Origin: a virus
Strand: one strand, 5' to 3'
Virus record (IMG/VR): IMGVR_UViG_3300009414_000001
Location: 1 to 64,000 of that record
DNA length: 64,000 nt
The notes beneath the pieces are model-generated. The model saw only the letters and a list, made by a program, of their open reading frames with translations, was not told the origin of the DNA and did not search any database. Positions within the stretch are counted from its first letter, which is position 1. Each line of letters starts with the position of its first letter. Positions 54,585 through 64,000 of the stretch are shown here, one piece after another. The position numbers were made by a program, and so were the translations under genes.

Positions 54585-56215
54585 TAGTTACTTTCCTCTA
54601 TTTCATTAATTACATCGAGCATTAAGCTCTTAACGTACTCTGCATCGCCTTTTCGATTACCTATACCAGCACTCGCCAGCATTTGATCATCATTTGAGAC
54701 AGTTTTTGAAATGTCTTCCAACATCACATTGACTTTATCTTCGTCAACATTGAGGTGATCAGTAAACACCCAGTTTTTAACAGAGTTTGGTAGTTGTGCA
54801 TCACCCATCATCGCCAACAAGTTAACCACTTGCAGAGCGAAATCAGCGTTAGCCGTGCGACTAGCTGCTTCTTTAAGCTCTATAGCAGTATTCATTGAGT
54901 TGAACATCAAGCGATAAGGCTTATCAGAGTTAGTGATTATTTTTCCGTGCTTGTAGTAAATATGCGTTTTAATGATGTCTTCATAGCCGCTTGATATGCC
55001 ATTACGAAGCCAATTTGCTTTCGTTAATGCTTGGATAGATGTTTGTAAAAATCCGCCCTCGCCTAACCCACCAGCCATCAAATCGCCAAAACCTAATAAT
55101 GACAAATCAAGCGATAAGCTTGATGCCAAGCGCTTTGCATTGAACATAATGTCTTCAATGTCTTTTATGTTTGGATTGCCTGTTGTCGTATCTATATCCC
55201 ACGCGCCTTTTTTGGGGATCACAGTATTTATGTATGACTGAAAATAAGCGCTACTTGCTGCTGTTGAATTACGTAACTTAGTATCATTTTTAAGCTGGCG
55301 TTGAATGAATTGAATGTATTCAGCGCCCGACAGCTGATCTAGCCCGTTAGTATCAATGCCTATTAATCGCTCCTGCCTTGCCGTATTACGGCGCGCAGCT
55401 TGCAGGGCTAATAAACCCTCGCCTAGTGCAATATAGGGATCGTGGCAAGTAGCCAGTAAGCTAGTGCCATAGTTTTGTGTTTCTATAGGCTTTCTGTCTC
55501 TAGGTAGCGTATTAAGAGAAAACTTACCATTCGAATCAGCATGCAGAGGGCGTTGAGCTGGATTAGGCTCCCAGTGTGGCGTCTTGAAGCAGGCTACTTG
55601 CCATGGTTCCACCAGTTGAATTAAATTCCCTTTCTTGGGGTTTCCTAGATGTTCAGAAGTATAACCAGCGACTTCACCACCACGAACATAGCGCTTAAAC
55701 GTGTGAGGTAACGTGTGATAGTCATGCTCAAGAGATATAAGCCCCTTAGCCCCCCAATGAGGCTTTGCATAATTACAACCGTAAACAGCCATTATATTTG
55801 CTATTTCGATGGTTTTCTCATTAAAGATATCTTGTAAATCTTCTCGCAATTCTTTTGCGAAGTCTTTATCTTTATCTGTCGTTGATTCAATTGTTAGTAT
55901 CTCGCCTGTTACTGGCTTTTGACTAAATGCGTGAGAAACATGGATACCTAATCCTGAGCTAATGGTCGAATCGCATGCCATTGCTTCATATATACCATAG
56001 CGAGATCGACGGTCTATGGGGGCTGTATTAATTGGTGTAACATCAGCCTCGCCAGCCTCGCCACTGCCAGCAGAGTTACCGACAAGATGAGAGCCGCTCG
56101 TTGCACCAGCTTCCATTTCATAGGTGGCACTAGGATCATTAGCATCGCTAGCTTTAAAGCCTTTCCATAATTCGGTGATTCTGGCTTTTACGCCTCTTTT
56201 CTCTGTCATTGCCAC
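54584..56215 (-). CDS. prt: Portal protein (P1 Prt)
   Basis: HDY.TLP, P.ETQNYGTSLL, IEDIMF..K.LA....D.SLLG..D.M.GGLGEGGFL.T.IQA. Confidence 0.9.
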   Translation of the reverse strand: MAMTEKRGVKARITELWKGFKASDANDPSATYEMEAGATSGSHLVGNSAGSGEAGEADVTPINTAPIDRRSRYGIYEAMACDSTISSGLGIHVSHAFSQKPVTGEILTIESTTDKDKDFAKELREDLQDIFNEKTIEIANIMAVYGCNYAKPHWGAKGLISLEHDYHTLPHTFKRYVRGGEVAGYTSEHLGNPKKGNLIQLVEPWQVACFKTPHWEPNPAQRPLHADSNGKFSLNTLPRDRKPIETQNYGTSLLATCHDPYIALGEGLLALQAARRNTARQERLIGIDTNGLDQLSGAEYIQFIQRQLKNDTKLRNSTAASSAYFQSYINTVIPKKGAWDIDTTTGNPNIKDIEDIMFNAKRLASSLSLDLSLLGFGDLMAGGLGEGGFLQTSIQALTKANWLRNGISSGYEDIIKTHIYYKHGKIITNSDKPYRLMFNSMNTAIELKEAASRTANADFALQVVNLLAMMGDAQLPNSVKNWVFTDHLNVDEDKVNVMLEDISKTVSNDDQMLASAGIGNRKGDAEYVKSLMLDVINEIEESN

Positions 56216-56303
56216 TCACTCATATAAATTAATTTTAGGGCGTTTCATTAATTTGTTAGCATATCATGGCAATAATTTATCCTAAAATTTTAAAAGGCAT
56301 AAT

Positions 56304-59300
56304 ATGAGTGACAATATCCCCAGCGATAAACTCTCTAATAATGAAGCTGTAGCAAAAGTAAAGGAATCTACTAGCGCCAGCGAAGTTTTTGAGGTGTTTG
56401 AGCAATACTACCAAATAGGCGAGCACGCTAAATCAACGAAAGGTTTTGGCGTAGAAAAGATAAAAGGCGTAGCTATCGCCACTAGTCGAAAAGCAGCTAA
56501 CCAAGCTGCCATGGATATAGTGGAAAAGTATCGCAAAGGTGAAACATTAACAAGTGACGATTTAGATGCACTCAAGGGTTATACAGGCTTGGGTGGTATT
56601 GGTGCAACCATCAGTGAATACTATACGCCTGAGTATGTCGCAGAAGGCACATGGGATGCGCTTAAAGCTAACGGCTTTGAAAACGGCAATGTTTGCGAAC
56701 CTAGCTGCGGCGCTGGCGTATTTAACGGCACTAAACCTGATGGCGTTGTTATTACTGGCTCTGAAATTGATAGTACTTCAAGCACGATAAACACTATCCT
56801 ACACCCCGAAGATGAAATAACTAACCAATCATTTGAAGAGCTGGCGATGTCAGTGCCAGACGGTCATTTTGATTCGTTTATTGGCAATGTTCCTTTTGGC
56901 GATCAGCGTGGTAAATATGCCCAGCTCGATCCGCAGTATTCAAAAGTTAAACATATGGAGCAGTATTTCGTTACTCGCGCCATCGACAAAACAAAAGCAG
57001 GCGGCTTGATTGCGCTTGTTGTTCCGACACAAATCATTGATAGAAAAACATTCAGCAAGTTTCGAGAAGAGATCAGTTTAAAAGCTGAATTCTTAGGCGC
57101 GCATCGTATGCCTAGCGGTGTTTTTTCAAATAACGGCACCGATGTAGTAACTGATGTTCTTCTTATGCAGAAACATAGTGAAGACCTTTTCTTCAAAATT
57201 GCAGACCTTGAAAAAAGCACACTGAAAAGTGCAAATGTATTATTTGATAGCTTCATATCTGGTAAATGGTTCGAAAAAGAAGGTAAACGCTTTGTGATGG
57301 GCGAAACATCAAGAAGTGACTTTCAAAATCGATTACAAGTCGCTCGCGGTGAATTAACCAATGATGCCATTAAAAATAAATTAGCGCACAAATTTGATAG
57401 TCGCATTGATTTTGAATTGATTGAAGCAACAGCCCCTACTGTGATTGTTAATTATAACAAGGGTGATACTCGCCTGATCAATGGTGGATGGTTTGAATTT
57501 GATGGCGAACAATGGGAGCCAAGCGGATTCACTATCCCAAATAGCGGCAAGATTGACAAGGCCATCTTTGGCACCGAATCATATCAAGAGTTAAGCGCTA
57601 GCTTAGAAACAGCTGAGCAAGCACTCGCATTAAAACTTAACTCAGAAAATATCAAAAACGTTGCCAAGCTCACACCTAGAGCATTATCACCCATCACTAA
57701 GCATGCACTCGATACAATGCAAAAAGCCGATAAATCAAACCATGACTTGATTTATCGCGGCACATTAATCGGGCAAATGATTAACGAATACATGGAAGCC
57801 CCAAGCGAAGATCAGCGCCTAAAAATTATTGCCATGATCAAAGATGAGCAATTTAAGACAGGCATAGCCAAAAACAACAAAGCGATTGCTGGCCTATCAC
57901 GCAGTTTAGACCGCTTTATCAATGCAACTGATAGCGATGGCAACCTATCTGATTTAATGAGCGGAAAAGCACAAGGCGTAGCAGCACAATACGACTTTAG
58001 CGACCCTGTTGATGTCGTTAATTACCTTTTCTTAGATAAAGACTTAATGCCCGTTAACTTGACTGAATTTAACGACTTATATACGGGCGATGATTTAACT
58101 ATTGAGCAGCTGGCGAAGTTTCCTGAAATAGCTTTCTCAGCAAGTGGTGATTCTCTTTACCCGTTTGACCGTTATTGCTCTGGTGATATTAAACAAAAGC
58201 TTAATGATTTATCTTCGGCAATCATGCGCGAGCAAGACCCTGCTGTTAAAGCGAAGTTTATCGCACAGCAAGAGCGCATCAACGAACGAAGAAAGAAAAC
58301 GTCGATTGATGACATCAAGTTCGAGTTAAACGCAAAATGGATGCAAAGCAACTACGTTACTGAATTCTTGGCCTCGCGTGATATTGATATGCGACTCAAT
58401 GAACAAACAGGGCGATTTGTTACTTACAGTGAAAGCAATACCTTTGCTGGTCAGTTAGAGCAGTACTTGAATAACGAAGCTTTCAGTAAGCGAAAAGAAG
58501 ATCGCGCCGACAACCTAGCTCGTATTCATACACTGCAAAGTGAATTTGATTTTTGGATAAGACAGCATGCTGATGCTGACTACATCACAAATCAATACAA
58601 CATGACTTTTAACGCCAACCTACCTTTTGAGCATGGCGAGCACGATTTAGGGCTTGATCAGGTTTCAGGCAAAGTTAAAAACATGCCATTCCAAAACAAA
58701 GAGATCCGCAGAATGTCCGAAGACGGGCGCGGTATTTTAGCGTTCGGCACTGGCTTAGGTAAATCTCATACAGCTAATGGCCTTGTCGCTTTAGACTTGG
58801 AAAAAGGACGTTGTACAAAAGTTTGTTATGCGGTGCCTAAATCACTCATCACAAATTGGTATCACGAAACTAAGCATTTCTTTGGTGATAAACGGAGAAT
58901 TTTATTTGTCGGGCTTGAACCTGTTAAAAACAAAAAAGGCGTTATTCAGCAAGATAAGTGGCTTGATAAAGATGGCGAGCACAAGATTAATGACGTTACG
59001 GGCGAACTAGAATACCGCGATCAGGTAAAAGAGCTTGGCAGCAAAGAAATATTAGCCCGTATGGCTACCATCCCTCATACAAATTACGACATCGTGGTGA
59101 TGACCAAAGAGCAATTGGCTGCTATCCCTATGCGCCCTAGCTCCATGGAAAAGTATGTAGACAACATGGTCAACAAAGAGCTTATGAGTGGCGCTGATGC
59201 TATTCGAAAACTTGGTGGTCAAGGAGCCAGCATTGGCAAAGATGGCTACAAGCAAGCTAAACAAAAAGAAGGCTTTCAATCTAAATACCATGCCAATCAA

Positions 59301-62300
59301 ACTACCAAGTCTGGTGAGTATCCATTCTGGGAAGATATGCGCTTCGATAAGCTTATTATCGATGAAGCTCATAACTACCGAAATGCATTTAAAGCTGGTC
59401 GTAGAGCAAATGAAATCGCTTACTTACCAACAGGCGGCGTAGCTAAATCAGCAGCAGACCTAGCCATCAAGTCGAGTTACTTACGTGAACAAAATGGCGG
59501 CAAAGGTATTCATATGCTGACAGCCACGCCAACAGTAAACAGCCCTACTGATATTTTTAATATGCTATCGCATGTTATGACGCCAGCGGAATGGGAAGAG
59601 TACGGGATTTACACGGTAGATGATTTTATCAAGGTCTTTGGTCGCATTGAGACTATGGACGTTCAAAAGCTCTCAGGTGAAGTCGAATCAAAAGAAGGCT
59701 TAGCAGGCTTTAAGAATTTAGACGCACTTAGAAGTATTTACCATCGCTGGGTTATAGCCAAAGAAGTTCAAGACGTTGCAACTGACGTTAAAATGCCAGA
59801 TAAAAAAGTTGTTGATAATAAAACAACACTCAATCAAGAGCAGCTTGACATATATGAAGAGCTACAAGATAGAGCGTTAAACATTCTTGACGCAGAAGAC
59901 GAAGACGGCGAACCGACCGACTTTATCTTTAGTATTATTCGAGATATGGATCGTGTTGCAACTGACATTGATTTGTACCACAAAAGAATTACCTTTGTGT
60001 TACCAAAGAAACACAAAGAAGTGTTAAGTGACATTGTTATACCTAGCGTTATCACTGAGAAAAAAGAAATCGTTAAGAAAGCTGGTGAAAAACTAACGGT
60101 AGTACATGAGCTTAATGCAAGTGTTGATAGCAGCGGAAAAAACACCATCGTTGTAATTAATGAAAACTTTGAAGATGAATTCATCAAGGCACTTGTTAAA
60201 GCTGGTATTGATCAAAAAGACATTAACCACCCTATTACACCTAAATATGCAAAGTTAATTGAGCGCTTGCGTGATGATTACAAAAATGGTGGTAAACAGG
60301 TTATTTTCACCGAAGAAAAAAGCCAACACCAAAAGCTTAAGCGGATCATTGCTAATAACTTAGGTGTACCACTAGACCAAATAGGCATAATCAATGCTGA
60401 TACGGTTAGCAAAGGCAAGAAATCAACCGACTTAGATAAAGAGGCTGGCGCTCTTGAAGATTTAGCCGACCGATTTAATACAGGTGCTTACAAGTTCCTT
60501 ATCTGCAATAAAAAGGCAGAAGTAGGTATAAACTTGCAGCACGGCTCTACTAAGCTGCATCACTTAACAATACCATGGACACCAGCGAGCTTGATCCAGC
60601 GATTCGGGAGGATCTGGCGCATAGGTGGTACTCAAGAGTTTGTTACAGAGGAAAACTATCTAGCCGAAGGCTCTTTTGATGAATTCCGTTTACGGGCGTT
60701 AAGCAAAAAAGCCAGCTGGCAAGCCTCGTTATTAAAAGGCGATGCAAACAGCGTGGATTTTGAAGAGGTTAACGATCTGGCAGAAGCTCGGTTATTACTT
60801 GCTAAAAACCCCGAAGAACTTAAAGCCCAATTAGAAGCACAAGCACAAGCATCTAAAGATAAAGCAGCCTTAAGAGCCAAGCAGCGTATATCTACAGCGC
60901 TTGGTAAGTACAATCGCCTACGAAACAAAAAGGAGCTTTGGGGTAAAGAGGAAACTGACCTTAAAGAACTTAAAGCAACAATTAAAGCAGCTGTGCAACA
61001 AGGTGTTATCGATACAGATCCAACCGACTTACCAGCTGATCAATTCGTCATTGAACCTATCAGTGGTCAGACGGTTAAAGCTGGCGATATTTACACCAGC
61101 AAAGAGCGTTACAGCTCAGGTGATATTTATGAAGTTGTCAAAATTAACCATGTTAAAAACAAAGTTAGCCTAAAAATGATTTTTGGTACTTACGGCTTGG
61201 GTAAGGTGTCAGAAACATTACTAACTAACATCACTCAAAACTACGAGTTATCAACCTACAGCGCCAGCGAGTCAATAGTTAAGGCTGAGTTCGCTAAAGG
61301 CGGTAAGATGAGTATTAGCCTACTATCAAGCAAGCTAAGCACTATTAGCAAAGAAATGTTTTTCAAGTATGCAACAGCGGAAAACTATGAAGGCTTTGAA
61401 GGTGAAAGCGCATGGCAAGGAAACCAAATTGCCAATATTGCGGTAACTTCTGAAAACGTTATTTACCCAAGCAAGCATGATCAAGTGTTGGTGACAGCTT
61501 TCGCTAACTACGGGCTTGAGTTAATACGAGCCAATAAAGAAGCGGAAATTGATGAATCTATGGGGCGCGCCTTGTTTGGCTGGTCTTATCTGCAATCAAT
61601 ACGAAGTTATGGCACCAAGCCCACTACCCATCAATTAGTTGAATGGGAAGTTGCGATCAAAGCCAGCACTATTGACGCTCTAAAAGAGTCAGCGAGTGAA
61701 AACTTAGATGATGGTTTATGGTCAGTGTATAGCGAGCAAGGCGGCAAGATCAAATCAATGGTAGCTGACTCAATACCAGACGGTTATGATGACAGCAGCC
61801 CGTTTGCTGATGAAGTCAGAAACATCACACGCACTATTGTTGAGGGATTAAACGACATTAGAAAGTCGCTGATCAATGAAGCCAACCGAATCAAGGAGGA
61901 AGCAGAGGCCGCTAGAAAAGAAGAGGCACTTGCAAAGCAAACAGCAGCGCTTAGGGAGCGATACCCTGAGACTCAACAAGCTGAGCCTGAGTCTGTAGAA
62001 ATACCTAGCGGCACTTTGACGGATCAGCAACTCCTTGATAATGTTAATGCTGATAATCAATGGAGTACGTTAATAAGCGATTTTGGTGAAAAAACCTTGT
62101 GGTTTAAGACTAACCGCAAAACAAAACAAGTCGCTAAAGGTGCTACTGGTCGCTTATACTTAAATCTTAAGGATGGTGGGCGCTGGGACAAGGCGATGTT
62201 TATTGATGTCGGCAGTCGAGAGCTTAAGCAACCTAATGCTAGAGTCATTATTGCAGAGCAACATAAAACCAGCGAAGAGCACACCAAGATCCGCTCTATA

Positions 62301-62378
62301 GTTCGCTTATGTGAAGAGCTTGGTGTTACCGTTAGTGATCATAGTGAGTTCTATAACACTGACCTAATCGAAGGATAA
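56304..62378 (+). CDS. darB: DarB antirestriction protein (N6-MTase plus SNF2 helicase)
   Basis: R..AN..A, YTG.GG, EYYTP, EPS.G.G, GNVPFG, AFGTGLGKS, IDEAH, LTATP, GINLQ, PWTPAS..QR.GR. Confidence 0.95.
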   Translation: MSDNIPSDKLSNNEAVAKVKESTSASEVFEVFEQYYQIGEHAKSTKGFGVEKIKGVAIATSRKAANQAAMDIVEKYRKGETLTSDDLDALKGYTGLGGIGATISEYYTPEYVAEGTWDALKANGFENGNVCEPSCGAGVFNGTKPDGVVITGSEIDSTSSTINTILHPEDEITNQSFEELAMSVPDGHFDSFIGNVPFGDQRGKYAQLDPQYSKVKHMEQYFVTRAIDKTKAGGLIALVVPTQIIDRKTFSKFREEISLKAEFLGAHRMPSGVFSNNGTDVVTDVLLMQKHSEDLFFKIADLEKSTLKSANVLFDSFISGKWFEKEGKRFVMGETSRSDFQNRLQVARGELTNDAIKNKLAHKFDSRIDFELIEATAPTVIVNYNKGDTRLINGGWFEFDGEQWEPSGFTIPNSGKIDKAIFGTESYQELSASLETAEQALALKLNSENIKNVAKLTPRALSPITKHALDTMQKADKSNHDLIYRGTLIGQMINEYMEAPSEDQRLKIIAMIKDEQFKTGIAKNNKAIAGLSRSLDRFINATDSDGNLSDLMSGKAQGVAAQYDFSDPVDVVNYLFLDKDLMPVNLTEFNDLYTGDDLTIEQLAKFPEIAFSASGDSLYPFDRYCSGDIKQKLNDLSSAIMREQDPAVKAKFIAQQERINERRKKTSIDDIKFELNAKWMQSNYVTEFLASRDIDMRLNEQTGRFVTYSESNTFAGQLEQYLNNEAFSKRKEDRADNLARIHTLQSEFDFWIRQHADADYITNQYNMTFNANLPFEHGEHDLGLDQVSGKVKNMPFQNKEIRRMSEDGRGILAFGTGLGKSHTANGLVALDLEKGRCTKVCYAVPKSLITNWYHETKHFFGDKRRILFVGLEPVKNKKGVIQQDKWLDKDGEHKINDVTGELEYRDQVKELGSKEILARMATIPHTNYDIVVMTKEQLAAIPMRPSSMEKYVDNMVNKELMSGADAIRKLGGQGASIGKDGYKQAKQKEGFQSKYHANQTTKSGEYPFWEDMRFDKLIIDEAHNYRNAFKAGRRANEIAYLPTGGVAKSAADLAIKSSYLREQNGGKGIHMLTATPTVNSPTDIFNMLSHVMTPAEWEEYGIYTVDDFIKVFGRIETMDVQKLSGEVESKEGLAGFKNLDALRSIYHRWVIAKEVQDVATDVKMPDKKVVDNKTTLNQEQLDIYEELQDRALNILDAEDEDGEPTDFIFSIIRDMDRVATDIDLYHKRITFVLPKKHKEVLSDIVIPSVITEKKEIVKKAGEKLTVVHELNASVDSSGKNTIVVINENFEDEFIKALVKAGIDQKDINHPITPKYAKLIERLRDDYKNGGKQVIFTEEKSQHQKLKRIIANNLGVPLDQIGIINADTVSKGKKSTDLDKEAGALEDLADRFNTGAYKFLICNKKAEVGINLQHGSTKLHHLTIPWTPASLIQRFGRIWRIGGTQEFVTEENYLAEGSFDEFRLRALSKKASWQASLLKGDANSVDFEEVNDLAEARLLLAKNPEELKAQLEAQAQASKDKAALRAKQRISTALGKYNRLRNKKELWGKEETDLKELKATIKAAVQQGVIDTDPTDLPADQFVIEPISGQTVKAGDIYTSKERYSSGDIYEVVKINHVKNKVSLKMIFGTYGLGKVSETLLTNITQNYELSTYSASESIVKAEFAKGGKMSISLLSSKLSTISKEMFFKYATAENYEGFEGESAWQGNQIANIAVTSENVIYPSKHDQVLVTAFANYGLELIRANKEAEIDESMGRALFGWSYLQSIRSYGTKPTTHQLVEWEVAIKASTIDALKESASENLDDGLWSVYSEQGGKIKSMVADSIPDGYDDSSPFADEVRNITRTIVEGLNDIRKSLINEANRIKEEAEAARKEEALAKQTAALRERYPETQQAEPESVEIPSGTLTDQQLLDNVNADNQWSTLISDFGEKTLWFKTNRKTKQVAKGATGRLYLNLKDGGRWDKAMFIDVGSRELKQPNARVIIAEQHKTSEEHTKIRSIVRLCEELGVTVSDHSEFYNTDLIEG

Positions 62379-62382
62379 GAAA

Positions 62383-62769
62383 TTGACTATTTTAACGAAA
62401 GAAGAAGTAAAAGAAGTTATTGAGGTGGAAGGAGCCACAGAAAGCCAGATAACAGGCGATCTGCTCAAGTCCTTTGCAAAGTCCATAAAAAAACAACCAA
62501 TACGCTATCGCGCGTTTGGGGCTTATTGGTGGCTCATTAAACGCCAGCTGATAGAGATAGATTTAGCGCTTGATGAAGTTATCGACTTGCAAACCTATAA
62601 ATCACTCTCTTATGGGGAGCCAGTATTAGATATAACAGCTGCTTGGATTTATTACACTCAGCAACTTGATTTACACGGCTTAATGCTTAGCAACGAACAT
62701 CAACCACTTAACGAAAGTAATTTAGGTGCATTTGTTCAAGATGAAGAAATGGAAAAGCTTATCGCGTAA
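62383..62769 (+). CDS. ulx: Ulx-like protein (Dar system component)
   Basis: P..YR.FG.YW..IK..L and L...AA..Y match P1 Ulx; directly after darB. Confidence 0.75.
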   Translation: MTILTKEEVKEVIEVEGATESQITGDLLKSFAKSIKKQPIRYRAFGAYWWLIKRQLIEIDLALDEVIDLQTYKSLSYGEPVLDITAAWIYYTQQLDLHGLMLSNEHQPLNESNLGAFVQDEEMEKLIA

Positions 62770-62789
62770 CTAGCGATTCTTAGGTAGAG

Positions 62790-62815
62790 AAAAGGCGCTT
62801 TATAGCGCCTTTTTT
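62790..62815. terminator. Bidirectional terminator
   Basis: AAAAGGCGCT-TTAT-AGCGCCTTTTTT. Confidence 0.8.
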
Positions 62816-63188
62816 AATGTGTGTTTTTGTCGTGACGATAGAACGTTATATTTTCCGTAAAGCCTGCGATATTTCGAGGCTTAACAACTAAAACATCCTC
62901 ATCCAATTTAATGACTTTAGCGTAGTATCTAACGCCTTTTTTAATCGCTTTGTATTCTTTTGGCATCTTAATGCCTCGCTTATCAATTGAGACTATTTCT
63001 TCAATCAATAAGCCATCAGCAATACGCCACTTGTATTTAATGGATATCTGTTTTTTATTTCCCTGCGCATCAGCAATGAATAGCTCACCAGTTTTTGTAC
63101 CATCATCAAAGTAAGTATCGATTGCAGCACCAAGCTGCTCATCTTTCTCTTGCAATTGCGACCACTGGCCTACTATTAAGCTTCTCAT
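62814..63188 (-). CDS. Hypothetical protein (lipocalin-like beta barrel?)
   Basis: L.VG.W...F..DG...W...DG.L pattern. Confidence 0.5.
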   Translation of the reverse strand: MRSLIVGQWSQLQEKDEQLGAAIDTYFDDGTKTGELFIADAQGNKKQISIKYKWRIADGLLIEEIVSIDKRGIKMPKEYKAIKKGVRYYAKVIKLDEDVLVVKPRNIAGFTENITFYRHDKNTH

Positions 63189-63216
63189 TTCTTCACTCTC
63201 AACTCTTTAACTAAAA

Positions 63217-63399
63217 CTAATCACTGATGCTTTTTTCGTACAATTCTATTTGAGCGTCAACTTCACTGATTTGCTTATCTAAACTATCAGCGCTTGCCGT
63301 TCCCAAAAAAGAATAAGCCTCAAGTAGATCAGCGCGATGCTTTACCGCTTCTTGATAATCACTTTCTGTTTTAAGTTTCATAATATTCCTTATTAACAT
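63217..63399 (-). CDS. Small protein resembling the N-terminal domain of HigA-type antitoxins
   Basis: KTE.DY..A......L...IE.YE. Confidence 0.45.
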   Translation of the reverse strand: MLIRNIMKLKTESDYQEAVKHRADLLEAYSFLGTASADSLDKQISEVDAQIELYEKSISD

Positions 63400-63402
63400 C
63401 TC

Positions 63403-63675
63403 TTATTCAATATTCCAATCTATGCCAGCTACAACCTCAACTATAGGTTTTTCGTACTCGCGCTCAATCTCAGCTATTTTTTCTTTGAAGTCTTTAACGA
63501 ATACCTCAATGCTTGCTTTCGGACTATTTAGCGCTGAAACATAAACACACCGATCACAAAACAACGAAGCTTCCTTACCAAGCCAATAATAACTGCCCTC
63601 GTATTTTTCAAGGTCAGGCTTTATGCCTGTCGCCTGCTCGACGGACTTTATTATATTTGCTTTAGTCACTTTCAC
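63403..63675 (-). CDS. Hypothetical protein
   Basis: 90 aa ORF in operon. Confidence 0.5.
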   Translation of the reverse strand: MKVTKANIIKSVEQATGIKPDLEKYEGSYYWLGKEASLFCDRCVYVSALNSPKASIEVFVKDFKEKIAEIEREYEKPIVEVVAGIDWNIE

Positions 63676-63889
63676 TTAAAACTTCCTTTTTTCTCTTAAA
63701 GTTAATTAATTTCTTACGATAACTTGCGCCACTAATAGGAATATTTAGGCTTCCTATAATGCCCTGCTTACCAATATTTAACGAGAAAAAGCCTCTAAAT
63801 CCTATCGATACAGAAAAACCATTCTTGCTCGCATTAAGCCAAACAACGCGCCCAATAACGGGCACTCGCTTTTGAAATCTTAAGCCCAT
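63662..63889 (-). CDS. DUF4236-domain protein
   Basis: MGLRF.KR......LN.SK.G.SVS.G.RG....G..G......P.SG.SY. Confidence 0.75.
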   Translation of the reverse strand: MGLRFQKRVPVIGRVVWLNASKNGFSVSIGFRGFFSLNIGKQGIIGSLNIPISGASYRKKLINFKRKKEVLSESD

Positions 63890-64000
63890 ACATAAATCCT
63901 TTTTGTTACTGAGCTGCCTCATAATCGTCTAGCATTTCATGAAAGTTACTATACATCTCGTAATCACTACAAGCATCCTCGACAGCTATTATATCAACAT

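Noticed and set aside
1-64000. tRNA, rRNA, IS elements, c4/icd/ant immI region, tail-fibre inversion system
   Set aside because: None was recognised by eye in this window. tRNAscan or Infernal would be needed to exclude RNA genes, and these modules may lie outside the window.

Overview
This window is 64 kb of a P1-like (Punavirus-type) temperate phage-plasmid. It is AT-rich (roughly 40% GC by eye), and a marine gammaproteobacterial host is inferred, not shown. Protein calls come from recalled similarity to P1 and other families, not from database searches. Layout: (1) 1-18.6 kb, a P1-syntenic virion module (bplA, pmgA, sit, pmgB, tub, pmgC, bplB, pmgG, 21, 22, 23, lysis genes, 5, 6, 24, 7, 25, 26). 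(2) 18.7-27.8 kb, ref and an accessory cluster (AlpA, Orn, DUF2786, many hypotheticals). (3) 28.3-33.3 kb, a four-gene signalling cassette with no P1 equivalent as a unit: a small repeat-peptide precursor (9x GSK[S/T]KR), a Ser/Thr phosphatase, a kinase-associated ECF sigma factor and a membrane Ser/Thr kinase with a large helical extracytoplasmic domain. (4) A tyrosine recombinase, the C1 repressor, pacB/pacA and parA. (5) An iteron/Rep3 replicon, a second iteron array and a TrfA-like initiator. (6) CsrA, Dam, prohead protease, portal, DarB and Ulx. The leading hypothesis is that the cassette is a phage-encoded peptide-ligand/receptor-kinase/sigma-factor communication circuit lying just upstream of the immunity region. 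Other notable signals: a candidate +1 frameshift site (CCC UUU CGG) in pmgB, a head-maturation motif MLA/S where P1 has MLE/S, a 17-bp C1-operator-like motif (at least 13 copies), and a 34-bp palindrome family that includes a perfect 13-8-13 loxP-architecture site.
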